64,000 nt of DNA, from assembly GCA_951406725.2 (NCBI GenBank), contig OX597823.1, positions 7,874,001 to 7,938,000 of the forward strand, read 5' to 3'. The first letter of the stretch is position 1, and every line of letters begins with the position of its first letter. The position numbers and the translations under genes were made by a program. The notes under the pieces are model-generated. The model did no database searches. It was given only the letters and a program-made list of their open reading frames with translations, and was not told the DNA's origin. Positions 12,751-27,717 of the stretch are shown here, piece after piece. This DNA comes from Octopus vulgaris. Lineage: Eukaryota.

Positions 12751-14889
12751 ATACATATATATAAAACAGGCAGGCTGGCAGGCACACAGGCAGGTGGGTG
12801 CCAATCCTGTAAGATATTAAGCAATAGAATGGTAACTTGCCTTTTTTTTTTATGTGTACTTATGATTATGGATCGAATATGATCAAATCAATCCTGATAG
12901 TATTTGAATGTAGTTATCAGAATCGAAAGCAAAAACTTTTCTAAGATATACGTATTCTTTTCTACTCAAGAGTAAGTCCAAAATTTTGGGGGAGGGGTCC
13001 AGTCGATTAGATCGACCCCTGTATGCAAATGGTGCTTAATTTATTGACCCCGAAGGGATAAAGGGCAAAGTTGAACTCGGCCGAATTTGCACTCAGAATG
13101 TAAAGACAGAGAAAAAACTGCTAAGCATTTTGCCTGGCTGGCTAATGTTTCTGCCAGTTCACTGCCTTATAAGATATACTTATTAAGCTACCAATATTTC
13201 TACCAGCTAAAAACTTTTTCTTGTTAGTTGTATCAAACAAACAATTGTGAATTTGCTAACTTCTACACTTAGGTTTTATTTTTGTAATTAGTGTTAAAAT
13301 TATGGTTTGTTATACATACATTTCAATTATATTGGGGAGAAATAAGAAAGAACCATCTTGAAAACGCTTGATTTGGTTGTTCCTCAAAATTCTGAAACAA
13401 AGACAAAAACAAATATTTAGTAAGTTAAGGTGTCTAAGTAAATAGTAATGGCTTTTGAATTCTCTTGTTCATAAATATCTGAATTTCCCTTCAGTCAAAG
13501 CAAACAAAATAAATTCTCATTGTCACAGTACAATTCTTCGTTTCTCTTTATGCTCCTCTTGTCTGCATAATTTAGAGAGAAATAAGTTCTATGAAACAAA
13601 CTTATCATAGATATGCTAAGTGAAGAGAAAATCTTCTGTGTTGCCACAACAGTACAATATCAAACATGATAATAAAAACACAATCAAAAGAACAACATAA
13701 CTATTTTATGGCTGCAATTAATGTGAGATTTTTATGTAACATTCTCATCTATGAAACATATATTTCAGGGTTGGACATACTTAGCAATTAACTTGCTCAT
13801 TGATCATGTGTTGAAACTTAGCTAACGATATCACATAAGACTCAATGTAGCCAACTGAAAACATATAAAAATAGTTAAATTCACCAAAAAAAAAAAGAAA
13901 AAAAAAAGAAATTCATGATTTGTCTGTTCATCACCAAGTTGTAAATTGACAAATCATGGAACCAGGAAATCATTAGCAACAATTGATATCAAAATGTCTA
14001 GGTCAATATATTACGGAATCATATGTCTGAAAGGGCAAAACGAAAAGCATAAAACGTGAGACTTGTAAGACCTTTCTATTTACAAAATTTCAAGCAGTTG
14101 CATTGGAATGCTAGTGATCAGGTCACAGAGGTATGACAGAAATTTTCACACTTCAAAAAAGAGATGAAAATGAATTAAATGTTTTTGAGAGCTAAAATGC
14201 TCCTACACAATGAAATTGATATAAATATTACTTTCAACATATTTCATAATATATTAACATAACCACATGGAAGAGAAGAAATTTAGAAATATTATACATT
14301 TCAATATGCCCTCAGAACAGGGTGACACATGCGTGATCACATAGTCTCAACAGCTTTTGTGTGGTCTTCTCACTAACTTCCATCAGGTTTCCATAAAAGG
14401 GTTTACTTGTCATATGTTGCTGCCATTTTACCACTTCATGGTGATGTAAGAAGAGGCAAACATCATCACACTTACATCAACAACTGGATTACAGATACTG
14501 GCCTGGAATGTACCTAGGACCTTAAGGCAGTGATGTAGGACTGCAAAGTGTAGCAGGTAAATTTTGTTGTGGCCCAGGTTGGAATCCAGCCATAAGAAGA
14601 CATTTCGATATTAAAATTTATAAAACAATAATATTGGATATCTTAAGAACAGATCACTGTAGGTAGACACATGATAGATATTCTTATATAACCTTTAGTT
14701 GAAAACTATGTCTTTCACAGTATCAAAACTTAGTTCCAGATTGTAGGAAATAATAATACTTTAGAATTGCGTATGGCTTAAATATTAGAAGACTGATAAA
14801 AAAAAACAAGCAAAATACTAAATAGCATGTACTACTGTTATACATGATATGAGGAGCATTTTAGAAGTTTGGAAAATTTTTTAGAAGAA

Positions 14890-15187
14890 TAAGTTATAAC
14901 TGCAGTGTGGAAGGTGTTTATAAGCCATTTAAGAAACACACAAAAACCGTTAGATTCACTTCAACATTTAAATTTAATTTGCCAATTTTGTCAGTGAACA
15001 GGTCGTGGTCTCAAAGCAACAAAAATATTTTGGTAAATTAAATTTAAATGTTGAAATAAATCTAACAGTTTTTGTGTGTTTCTTAAATGGCTTATAAACA
15101 CCTTCCATGCTGCAATTGTTTTCGTTCCAGCACACGATCTCAGATCAGTTCACTTGCTATGCAGGTACATCTCTGTAAGTTATAACT
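14890..15187. repeat. Fold-back element: ~80 bp inverted arms, flanked by a 12 bp direct repeat
   Basis: 14901-14980 pairs with 15035-15114; TAAGTTATAACT occurs at both ends. Confidence 0.75.
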
Positions 15188-15204
15188 GTCCTAGATTATT
15201 AAAA

Positions 15205-16085
15205 TTATAGTTTGAAGATAGCTGTGTGAAAAAGTGTCACACCCTAGCAGTTGAGGGAACCTGTGGAAGAGGTAGACCCAGGAACATTTGGGACAAGGTG
15301 GTGAAGCATGATCTTCGAACATTAGGCCTCACCAAGGCAATGACCAGCAACCGAGACCTTTGGAAATATGCTGTGCATGAGAAGACCCAGCAGGACAAGT
15401 GAGACCATAACCCATGGCCTTTACCAGGATGTAGCCAGCCCACTTATGCATACCTTTCCTTCTTTGGACACGAAACTCTGCTTGCGAAGACCTGTTGAGG
15501 CAAGTGAAATCAAAATTAAATTCGAAATCGAACCAAATTCATCGACTGGCACCCATGCCAACCTCCCTTCACTGGACACTAAACTCTGCTTGCAAAGACC
15601 TGTTAAGTGAAATCGAAATTGAACCAAACTCGATGACTGGCACCCATACCAGTGGAGTGCTAACAGCTCCATCCAAGCGGGATCACTGCCAGAGCAGCTG
15701 TCTGGCACATAAAGTGCACCATTTGAGCATGATCATTGTCAGTGTCGCCTCACTGGCATTTGTGCTGGTGGCACATGAACAAAACATTTGAGCGAGGCTG
15801 TTGCCAGTGCTGCTGGACTGACTCCTGTACAGGTGGCACGTAAAAAACACCATATTCGAGTGTGGCCGTTGCCAGTACCGCCAGACTGGCCCTCGTGCCA
15901 GTGGCATTTTAAAAGCACCCACTACACTCTCGGAGTGGTTGGCGTTAGTAAGGACATCCAGCTGTAGAAACTATGCCAGATCAGATTGGAGCCTGGCACA
16001 GCCATCTAGTTCTCCAGTCCTCAGTCAAATCATTCAACCCATGCTAGCATGGAAAGCAGACGTTAAACGATGATGATGATGATGA
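15205..16085 (+). mobile_element. RTE LINE 3' end (ORF C-terminus + 3'UTR + (GAT)n tail)
   Basis: VEGTCGRGRPRNIWDKVVKHDL...DLWKYAV followed by the common ...GGACGTTAAACGATGATGAT-type tail. Confidence 0.8.
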
Positions 16086-16199
16086 TAATTACTATATATG
16101 TAATAAACTGGCCCACCAACTTCTTTTATTGGAGATTGAAAGAGTTGGCTGTAACAGCACTTTAAACACATCCAACTAAACGATGCTTGTCAAGGATGA

Positions 16200-17283
16200 C
16201 TAGTTTGTAGAATTCAGTTGGGACATTTGGAAGCCCACTGTGCAATAAAAAAGTTTTTTATGTGTTAAACTAAGAAAAAATGCTACAGAAACTTGTGAAA
16301 TGCTCCAGACTACTTATGGATTAACTTATATTAGCTGAGCATCTGTTTCTTGCTGGCACAAGAGGTTCAGAGATGGTATGTGCAAGGGACAGGAATGTCA
16401 GAATACTGGAGCTGGTTGAGAAAATTTGCAGCTTTCTTGATGAAGATCATCATGTGTCTATCAACTCAATAAATGTACAATGTGGCAACTGTATACAGAA
16501 GTATTCATAAAAATCTGAACAAGCACAAAATTTGCATAAAGTTTCTTCCAAGGGTGCTCAGTGATGAACACAAGGAAAGATGCATTGGTGACAGTGTGGA
16601 GATAGCTGGCTCATTAACTCCAATCCAAGAGTACTCAAGTCTCTACTGAACTGTGACAAAAGCTGGATCTGTTATAATCCAGAGACGAAGAGACAGAATG
16701 CCTAATGAAAGTAACCTGGCTCTCTCAGACCCAAGGAGGTCAGGCAAAGCAAGGGAAGTGCATGATAATCCCCTTTTTTGACAGTAAGGGCATCATCTAC
16801 ATCCACTGGATACTGTCTGGCCAGATGGTCATTAAGTAGTACTTTGTGGAAGATTTGACTGAGTTCAGAGAGAGATTTCATTGCAAATGGCTAGAGCTCT
16901 TTCACTCAGGTCACTGGTACCTGCACCAAGGTTAATTTACCAGTTCACAATTCAATCCTGGTAACCAACTACTTCATGAAGACGAGCATCAAAACTGTCC
17001 TTCATCCTTCCTATAGTCCAGATCTTGCTCTCAGTGAGCTCTGGTTGTTCTCTAAAGGAGAAACACAGAGAATCACTTTTGAAGATGTTGAGAAGATGAA
17101 GAGGTCCTGGATATCTTAACTTTGGAGGAATTCTGTGGGGCCTCCACTAAGTGGCTGGAGTGCTACAATAAGTGTACTGAAGTCAGAGAGTCCTATCTTG
17201 AAAGAAACTGGAGTTTTGTACTTCCCTGAACTTAATAAATGTGTTTCCTGGAAAAGAATCAAAATATCCGGGTGCACCTCATA
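16200..17283 (+). mobile_element. Degenerate mariner of a different subfamily
   Basis: KNATETCEMLQTTYG, CDKSWI..YNPETKRQ and HPSYSPDLALSELWLF remnants. Confidence 0.75.
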
Positions 17284-17394
17284 CCTATATTACATCTTAT
17301 TAACAACTAACAAAAAAAACTACATTTTCAGTACACAATCATACCATTGTAAAACATTGAAAATACACAGAACACATAAATAACAATTACTTAC

Positions 17395-17469
17395 AATTTC
17401 TCCAAAGATGGCAGATGTTGAAACATTGTTGTTGATGGGATGGATGGCAGCTTATTTCCATAGAGATGC
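17395..17469 (-). CDS. LRR exon 11 (L)HLYGNKLPSIPSTTMFQHLPSLEK
   Basis: 75 nt, TTTTAG acceptor, GTAAGT donor, phase 2/2. Confidence 0.9.
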
Positions 17470-17621
17470 CTAAAATGCAGTCAACATAGACATATATATA
17501 TATATATATATATATATAGTCAACGTATACATACATATATACAGAGAGGCCTTAAGCCAACAGGTTTTGGGATCTGATGATACACCATAAAGCTAAGCAC
17601 TTTATGGACTAACTGTTTATA

Positions 17622-17666
<45 letters not shown>

Positions 17667-18039
17667 CAGAGTAAGCACATAAATGTGAAAGAAGGTGGAA
17701 AAAGAGTACTCAAATACCAGAGGTAGAGTAATATGCTTTATTTAAAAGCAGCAGAAAAATAACAAAAACTGTTACTCAGAGTTTCATGTTCCCATTTGGC
17801 AGACATGTTTGTTAAAACAGAACAGAAATAACGATATGATCAAAACTAGTTAAAGGATACACCTTCAAAAATGGATTTGTTTCATTGGTCCTTTCAAATA
17901 ACGGTATTAAACATGCAATAAACAAAATAAACAAAATAAATGAGTTCAATATAAATTCATCCTATTATAAAAAAGGCAAACATTTATATGATAACATTTC
18001 CAGTCACTTAAGATCAGAAACCATTAGAGCCAGTGCCTG

Positions 18040-19590
18040 ATTATCCTTATTATTACTATTATTTAAGATGACACAGTATCCAATATCATGATGTTGATTG
18101 AAGGTATTGTGTCTACCGGAGGTTTGTACTGTTTGTCAAGTCACAACAAGGACCTCAGACAGACAGTACTTTACACAATATGTATGCTGTTCCAAGTAAT
18201 GCTGATTTTTGCAATACACCTAGATTGTAGAGTATTTCTAAAGTTTCCAGATGTTTCTTCAGGTTGTGTGGTATTGAACTCAATGCTCTGATGACAATAG
18301 GAGCAACCTTTATATTTGACTCATAGCTGTCACATCTTAGTGATCTCAGTTCTCAGGTCTCCATATTTATCGATCTTTTCTCTTATTTTCATGATCTCTT
18401 GGCATTGCCATGTTGATTATTAGGCACTCTTGTTGGTGCTTCCTAAAGGTTACCATGTCCAGCCTTTGATGCTCTAACACCCTGTCTGTTTGGATGTCAA
18501 AGTCCCCAGAAGATTTTTGCCTTCCCTTTTTCATCCATTATCTTTTCTGGTGTATGTTGGTACCAAGCACCCGTTACCTTATATCCATACTTCCAGCATA
18601 GTAGCCAGTGAACGTTTTGGGCTATCTTGTATCTGTGCTTGTACTCTTTCTGTGCAAGACTTTCACAAGCACTAACAATGTGAGTCACGCTTTCAACCCT
18701 CTTCCCACACATTCTGCAGAGGTTCGTTGTACTTGTGTGATATATATCTCTTTTCACTGAGTTGATATTCAATGCCTGATCCTAGGCAGCAATGATTAGG
18801 CTTTCAGTCTTCTTTTTTAAGTCACCCTTGCTGAGCCACCTCCATGATGCTTCATGATCTTTTAAGTTGTTAGTTTCATGGTGGAACTGATCATGTAATT
18901 CCATGCGGACTAGTGTTTCTTCTCTCTAATTGGCTATTCATGATTGGAATTGATTAACACTCTCAAGTCCATTTTTGGTAACTCCTTCTGTATTAGCAGC
19001 ATACTGTAGCTGATCTTGTTTGTTATTTATCAAATACTCTATCATGCTTCCTCTTTCACTGTTGATGCACTCCTATATGCTAATCACCTTTACACCTCTT
19101 TATGTAGACCCTGTGTACGTTCACCTTAGACTGGAGGGCACCATGCAACATCATTGTCTTTCAGGTTGTGCAATTGAGTTGGTCAATCTCCACTTGCATC
19201 CATTTCAGGATGAGTACACTAAAGCAGACTACAGCAACAGCCCATCATCATAGTTGTACTCACCATCATCTGGGTCTTCCATTCTCTCTCTATTTGGCAA
19301 TTCTATGCCCTTACTATCTGCTCTTTTTCCCTGTTTCAAAATGAGCACCACACACTTTGAGATACCGATTTCCATTCCTATATCTTTCCTGTACAACTGT
19401 ACAGTCTCAACCAGCCTCTCTCTATTTCAGGCTCTGTTTTTGTGATCAGTTTTAAATCATCCATGAAGAGAAGGTAGTTCAGATGGGGTCCATTCTTTCT
19501 CAATTCATAGTGCACATTGACTTTGCATAGGACTAAAGAAAGTGGAATCAAGGCTGTACAAATAACAAAGGTAAACAAGAGTCTCCCTGG
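18040..19590 (-). mobile_element. Degenerate R4/Dong-type element (RT, CCHC, RLE)
   Basis: HLNYLLFMDDLKL, CRMCGKRVESVTHIVSACESLAQKEYKHR and KIFW motifs with frameshifts. Confidence 0.8.
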
Positions 19591-19841
19591 AGACTCGTGT
19601 GTGTGTGTGCATGTGCATGTGCTGTGTGTGTGTGTGTGTGCGATCGAATGTATGTGTATGCATGTGTTTCCATAATTTTGTTTGTTGTGGCATTTCATTA
19701 ATCAGTGCTCACAGAGTACACCTACAATCAAAAGTTTTCTAGACACACAGAGAGGCAAAAAATGAGAAAGAGAGGGGAAACTTTTAATTTTTAGAAACCT
19801 AAAACTAATGAAATAATGTCAACATGTTTGATGCAACTTAC

Positions 19842-19913
19842 AATGACTTTAAATTGTTAAGATTTCTGAACTTTCCGTTTGAAATAAATGTGATTCTGTT
19901 ATAATATAGATAT
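19842..19913 (-). CDS. LRR exon 10 (L)YLYYNRITFISNGKFRNLNNLKS
   Basis: 72 nt, TTTCAG acceptor, GTAAGT donor, canonical LxLxxNxIxxLxxxxFxxLxxLxx. Confidence 0.9.
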
Positions 19914-21974
19914 CTGAAACAAGAAAGAGAAATTATAAGAAATTGTATATAGTATGTGTCATATCAAAAGTGAAAGAATAAAAGTAAAACAATATTATAC
20001 TGCTGAAAAAAAAAATTGGAAGTGCTGTATAGTTGTGCAGCAAAGATATAGGTACATCACCAATATGAAATGAATTTGAGGACTGAGAACACTTCACTAG
20101 TGTTCAGGACACTGGAAAAGTATATCTGCTCAGACATAAATTCCCATCGATTTTATTTTGATCTACTCCTATGCTTTTTTATTAAGATCAATTGTCATGA
20201 AACTTACAGCAGATATCAAGTGAAAGATTTAGATGTTTGGTTTATCTACATATTCTAACACATCCAAATGAACTCAGCCCAAAGTATTCATTTGGTTGAT
20301 CATGCCTTCAAATCATGACCTCTGAGGAAATGAATGGAGTATAGGATTATTATTACATATTTCCATATAGTATGACATCTATTACATAACATTGTATGCA
20401 TTCCATAACATTGTATAAGATATGGAATTAAAATATTGTCGCTTTATGGAAACAACTATAATGTCAGTCTGACTTCACCTTTCTTCATTCAAATTATTAC
20501 CTTTGTATATAATAACACAAATTGGTTGCAGTTCACTACAGCCGTTTCGGACATGTTTTTTATTGAGGAACATATCACTTACATCATGTAAAAAAACCTT
20601 TTCTTCAGGTGAATTAAAAACAAATCTAATATTTAGAATTTTTTACAGAAATAGTATAGAATGAATATTCACTGTCTCATCTCAGTGTCAGTAGAAAGAG
20701 TAAAATGGGGAATATTATTTCAATGTTAAATATACATGGCAATAAATCTATCAGCACCTCTAAAGGATGGAGAGAGAGGAAGAAAAGAAAAAGAAAAAAA
20801 ACGCTTACCCTTTTATAGGAGTCTAAAGGGTTTCTTTTGGGGATTGACTTCATTTATAGATATGAAAATAAGGTGACTCATTAATTATCAGCATGCTATT
20901 AAGACTGGCAAGAGAATAAAGGATGATAAGTAATAAAATGAAGATAAAATGAAAGAAAATAAAAGACTATAAGTAAAAGTAAAATTAAAATTAACATAAA
21001 ATCTCATTATAAGGAATGATAAAAGAAGAACAATAAAATTACAAGGTATAGATACAAGTGGAACACAAAATGCTAACACGTGTGTATACAGTACTATCGT
21101 AAGACAGGTTGAATAACTTAGTCCTAAACATGTCATTAGACGTCAATGTCATAGGTCTATGATCTACATTGACCATGAGTTTAGTAACAGCAACAAATTT
21201 GTAGACGCAGATGAACCTGCATACAAGTACATTAGAGCATGTACCAATATATACCCCTACCAACACATCCTCTCCCCACACCACCACACCACACCACAAC
21301 ACTCCACATCACTCCACACACACTAGCCCTGACCACTTCCCAGCACCCACACCACACACCATTATCTGCACCCCAATACACCATCATCCACACACCCACA
21401 CGCAATCTTCAATAGCATCACCACACATACCACTATATGAGCAGCCACACATTACAGACACACACACTTTACACACCCACAAACGTCAAAGTCACTAGAC
21501 CCTATCAATACACACACATTCTCACATATACACACACACCTTGATTTCAGGATCACCAATACTTTATTATCTCCCTTTCTTTCAACCTCTTCTTTCAAAC
21601 TTTTCTTCTAGTCAGTCACCATGCTTGACTGCTAAATCCACAAGTGTTTTTTTTATATTTTTTTTTTGTTTATTTTCTGTTGAAGAGTATAGGCTCGAAA
21701 TGTAAAAGACTTTTTCACAATCCTGAGTGTCAAACTAATACACCGGCTTGTTGTTCATCATCTGTCTTTGTCTTTTGTTTTTCTATAAATTTCATTAATA
21801 TATATATATATATCAATGTTTGTTTTTGTCTTCAGTTATAATAGAAACAATTTTTCATTAATCAGATGAGTTACTCTATACATTTCTAGAGTACAAATTT
21901 ATTATGCCTAAACAAGAATTTTAACAGTCACTTCAAAGCTTCAGCCAGCTAAGCCATTATTGGATTATCTCTCC

Positions 21975-22039
<65 letters not shown>

Positions 22040-22043
<4 letters not shown>

Positions 22044-22709
22044 ATTATTGTTCCTAAATCTCTCAATGAGAGACATTCAGTAACAGTACTTTAAAGTAAA
22101 GATTATTTGCTAACATAATGTGGCAGTTGCGGTTGGGATGAATGTTATTGTTGTTTTGCCCCAGGAAACATCGTCTCCAGCTGGTTATTTGACACAATAT
22201 CTATGTCCTTATATTTTCAAACAGCAGAATTTAGCACCCCCATCCAGCACAATGCAATATCTGTGGACCTCTGTTTCTGGGTTGCTTCCCTTCCTCGGCA
22301 CAGAAACATGCATCCCAGCTGGGACGTCTACATTATGTTGGCAAATAATCTTTACTTTAAGGTACTGTTACTGAATGTCTCTCATTGAGACATTTAGGAA
22401 AAATAATGTTTCTATTTATTAGCTCAGTGACTGTGAGTCACAATGAAAACTATATTTTCGAATGGGGGTTTAGCAGCACCATCTCAGCCTAGCGGTTATT
22501 CTGTGCTGAGGAAGGGAAATTACCCAGAAACTGTGGTCCACAGATATTGCTTTGTGCTGGGTGGGGGTGCTAAACTCCCCTGTTAGAAAATATAAGGACA
22601 CAAATACTGTATCGTATAGCCAGCTGGAAACGATATTTCCTGGGGCTAAACAACAGTAACATTTGTACCAACCAGGACTGCCACATTATGTTGGAAAATA
22701 ATCTTTACT

Positions 22710-22712
<3 letters not shown>
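22040..22712. mobile_element. Penelope-like pseudo-LTR cluster in inverted + direct arrangement
   Basis: 22040-22305 is the reverse complement of parts of 22330-22712; a related tandem copy lies at about 60200-60660; contains a hammerhead motif. Confidence 0.6.
22500..22544 (+). ncRNA. Minimal type I hammerhead ribozyme-like motif
   Basis: TCTGTG-CTGAGGA-aGGGaaattaCCCa-GAAA-CtgtgG-TC-CACAGA: stem I, CUGANGA, stem II, GAAA, short stem III and a GUC site. Confidence 0.6.
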
Positions 22713-23835
<1,123 letters not shown>

Positions 23836-24090
23836 AACTGTCTAATCCATGCCAGAATTAAATGATGGTGGTGATGATGATGATGATGATGATGATACAG
23901 AGAGAGAGAGAGGGAGAGAGAGAGAGACAGAGACAGAGACAGACAGACAGACAGACAGACAGACTGATAAGCAGGCAGACAGGCAGGCAGGCAGGTTGGG
24001 AGAGAATCAGATAAAGAGTGTGAGATGGCAATATTTGATATTTAGAAATATAGCCATCAAAGAAATGTTAACAATTTTTATCCAACTTAC

Positions 24091-24162
24091 AAATTCTCTA
24101 GCTTGGGAAGGTCTTTAAATGCAGCTTCATTAAAATAGGTGATATTATTATATTTCATCGCT
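24091..24162 (-). CDS. LRR exon 9 (L)AMKYNNITYFNEAAFKDLPKLEN
   Basis: 72 nt, CAG acceptor, GTAAGT donor, phase 2/2; paralogous to exon 8. Confidence 0.88.
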
Positions 24163-24409
24163 CTGCAAACAAAAGAAAATATAAAATATTCAGGGCAAAC
24201 ATGTTAAAAAAAACAATAAACTGTAATAAATAAGAAATCAGGGATATTAATGATCATACCAGTTGAGGAATCCTGATGTTTAACAATGAAAATATCTTTC
24301 ATATGTGTTTATTAATGAGTGCCTTTTGAAGCTTAGTATGTATATATTTTATACATAGTGTAAGTATTTACAGTGAAATTATTAAAGCTGAAACTATTAT
24401 CTCACATTA

Positions 24410-24660
24410 CAATAGAGATGTTATTGTTTCACTTTTGACGTAATACCAAAACAGCCTAAGAAGTTTGGCAAGAAGTTGAAAATGTTTTTGGTGCATAAAA
24501 CTCCATGGATCCTAAGTAGGGTATGTGTACAATTTGAAGGAAATCAATTGGGTAGTTCTCAAGATTTAGTGATGCACACATACAGACACATGCAGAGACA
24601 GACACATACAGAGACAGACACACACACAGACAGATACACATTCTCAGTTTTACATATATA
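24410..24660 (-). mobile_element. Old 5' fragment of Helitron family H
   Basis: Reverse complement resembles AAAACTGAGAATGT...TTGAGAACTAC...CTTAGG.TCCATG of family H. Confidence 0.6.
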
Positions 24661-25107
24661 GGTATATTCTATGAGATAATACCCAAAAGTAACTGGAGAT
24701 GTTCTCTGTGAGTGAAGCCCATTGTAGTTCAGATTTCCACCCCTAGAAGCCACTTGATGCAACCCTCAGGCATCAGTCTGCCAACCAGTGTCAGCAATTG
24801 AGGTCATACTCCCACATAGTGTGTCTTTGTTAGATTCCTGGACTGGTAGTGGGTCCTTGGGCAAGATGAGTCAAGTTCCTCCAGGGACTGACCCAGATGG
24901 CTTGCGCTTGTAGTGTGCATATTTGATTCACTGCTACCAAGTAGGATCGTCTACAGCTGGGTAAGCAATGGTCAATGCCTTGACAAATGAGAAACAAGAC
25001 CACTCAGAGGGTGCAAACCACCGCCAAGGCAACACCAATGTCCCCTCAACAATATATATATGTGTATATATATGTATATATACTTTATATATATATAAAG
25101 TATCAAA

Positions 25108-25139
<32 letters not shown>

Positions 25140-26050
25140 TTTGATACTTTGATACTTTGATAGGTTTCGGCCATTATTGGCCCAGGCCATGTCTAACTTA
25201 ATAGCACCACCTGGTGAAGTCTTTCAAGTCAGAATTTGGGCACTATGGCCCACTCAAGTAGAGAGTTATTGTTTACAGAGACATATCCGGGTGTAGGGGG
25301 TTTATCCGGGATTTCTTGAAGGAATCTGTCCAAAGACTTCTTGAACCCTATAGGGTCAGTTTCTGTTTTAATGTGTTTTGGTGTAATGTTAAAGAGAGCG
25401 GGGCCAATTGAGGTGAAATAATTGTGCCGTATTGTTGTTATGAGATGAGAGTGCAATTTTTGTTTTGGGCGGATGGCACGGGGCCCAAGCCTTGGATGTA
25501 CCTTAAAGGTGATGCCAACATCATTTGGGCAATGCTGATGGAATATTTTCCACATCATGCAGATGATGTAGCGCTCACGACGACGTTGGAGAGAATAAAG
25601 TTTTAGCTTTTCTAGTCGACCCCAATAGTCGAGGCCTGTCATGCCATCTATCTTTTTTGTGATTGCCCTTTGAGGTGCTTCAACTTTTATGATACTTTGT
25701 ATTGTGTGGGGAGACCACAGTGGACAACAGTATTCAAGGTGGGGTTGGGCAAAAGTGGAGAAGAGAAGGATAATGGTGTGGATATCTCTTGACTGGAAAG
25801 TTCTGAGAATCCAGGAACACATTCTGCGGGCCATGTCAACTTTGGTGTTTATATGAGTGGCCCAGCTTATGTTGTTGTCCATAATTACTCCCAAGTCTCT
25901 GATGTTGTTGGACGTCGCGAGAGTTTCACCTGAAGGAAGGGAGTATGGGAGTTTCAGGGCATCCTCTTTTCCAAAGTGGATTAACTCAAATTTATCCTCG
26001 TTCAGCAGCATATTGTTTTTTTTTCTGCCCATTGGATAACAGCCAGTAGA
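25140..26050 (-). mobile_element. 5'-truncated CR1-group LINE, same family as 53530-57930
   Basis: NNMLLNEDKFELIHFG...PDKPPTPGYVSVNNNSLLEW and the 3'UTR match the long copy; (TATCAAAG)n tail; (TA)n on both flanks. Confidence 0.92.
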
Positions 26051-26074
26051 TCTATATATATATCTACAGCCAGT

Positions 26075-26114
<40 letters not shown>

Positions 26115-26118
<4 letters not shown>

Positions 26119-26810
26119 TGGAAGCACTCCATCGGTTACGACGATGAGGGTTCCGGTTGATCCGAATCAACGGAACAGCCTGCTCGTGAAATTAACATGT
26201 AAGTGGCTCAGCACTCCACAGACACGTGTACCCTTAACGTAGTTCTCGGGGATATTCAGCGTGACACAGAGAGTGACAAGGCCGGCCCTTTGAAATACAG
26301 GTACAACAGAAACAGGAAGTAAGAGTGAGAGAGAATTGTGGTGAAAGAGTACAGCAGGGATCACCACCATCCCCTGCCGGAGCCTCGTGGAGCTTTGGGT
26401 GTTTTCACTCAATAAACACTCACAACGCCCGGTCTGGGAATCGAAACCGCGATCCTATGACCGCAAGTCCGCTGCCCTAACCACTGGGCCATTGCACCTC
26501 CATATATATATATATATATATGAAGGCACATGGCTCAGTGGTTAAAGGGTAGAGCTTACGATTGTGAGGTTGTGAGTTCAGTTCCTGGACTGAGCTGCAT
26601 GTTGTGTTCTTGAGCAAGACACTTTATTTCACGTTGCGCCAGTTAACTCAGCTGTAGAAATGAATTGCAACATCACTGGTGCCAAACTGTATCGGCCTTT
26701 GCCTTTCCCTTGGATAACACTGGTGGCGTGGAGAGAGGAGGCCGGTATGCATGGGCGACTGCTAGCCTTCCACAAACAATCTTGCTCTGACTTGTACCTC
26801 GGACTGAAAT
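26115..26810. mobile_element. Two divergently oriented SINE family B-related copies (about 26115-26500 minus, 26522-26810 plus)
   Basis: tRNA-like heads either side of a short TA tract; bodies share sequence with 3932-4255 and 43925-44170. Confidence 0.75.
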
Positions 26811-27391
26811 TATCATCATCATCGTCTACTTTCCATGCTGGCATGGGTTAGACGACTTGATGTGGAGGTAGCTACTTGGGAAGCTGGCCAGACTCCAATT
26901 GTCTGTTATGGCATGGTTTCTTCAGTTGGATGCCCTTACTAACACCAACCACTTTACAGAATGCAGTGGGTGCTTTTTACAAGTGCATGTGTTTTCAGCT
27001 ATAATAAAAACAATGTTTCATTAATCTGATGGATTGTTCTATACATTTGTAGAGTACAAATTTATTATTCCTAAACAAGAATGTTGTTGACAATGACATC
27101 ACAGTTTTGACCAGTCTAAACTGTCATTAGACTTTCTCTTTCTCTCTTTCTCACACACACATACGCGCTTGCGCACGCACAGACACATACACATATATAT
27201 ACAGAGAGAAAAAGAGAAAAGGATAGAGAAAGAGAAAGGGAGAGAGAAAGAGAACGGGAGAGAGCAAGGCAGATACAGATGGACAGACAGACAGGTGGGG
27301 AGAAGACCAGATAAAGAGTGTGAGACAGATATCTGATACTTGGAAATATGGCCATCAATGAAATGTTATTAGCAATTTTGATCTGACTTAC

Positions 27392-27463
27392 AAATTCTTT
27401 AGTTCGGTCAAGTTTTTCAATGCAGCTTCATCAAAATTGTTGATTTTATTATATTTCAATGTT
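27392..27463 (-). CDS. LRR exon 8 (L)TLKYNKINNFDEAALKNLTELKN
   Basis: 72 nt, CAG acceptor, GTAAGT donor, phase 2/2. Confidence 0.88.
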
Positions 27464-27717
27464 CTGTTAACGAAAGAAAGTTAATAAGAAATTATATAGG
27501 GAAGATTTGAGTGATAAAATATCAAATATTCAGAACAAACTGTAATAAGAAATAAGAAGTCAAGGATATTATGATAATACAAGTTGGTGAATCCTGATGT
27601 TTAATAAAGAAACTATCTTTCATATGTCTTTAATTAATGAGTGTCTTGTGAAGCATAATTGTAAAACTTAGGTTCTATTTTTTCTTGCATTTTAATTTTA
27701 TATTTTTCTATATTCAA

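Noticed and set aside
13781-13854. Possible extra minus-strand exon (TTTTCAG ... GTATGT)
   Set aside because: 74 nt, stop codons in all three frames and no LRR pattern.
20578-20660. GTAAGT donor-like site between LRR exons 9 and 10
   Set aside because: No acceptor at 72-75 nt spacing and no LRR consensus.
21670-21715. Second hammerhead-like motif (TTGAAGAG...CTCGAAATGTA)
   Set aside because: Core and stem I are too degenerate to support from one copy; probably a decayed Penelope-like end.
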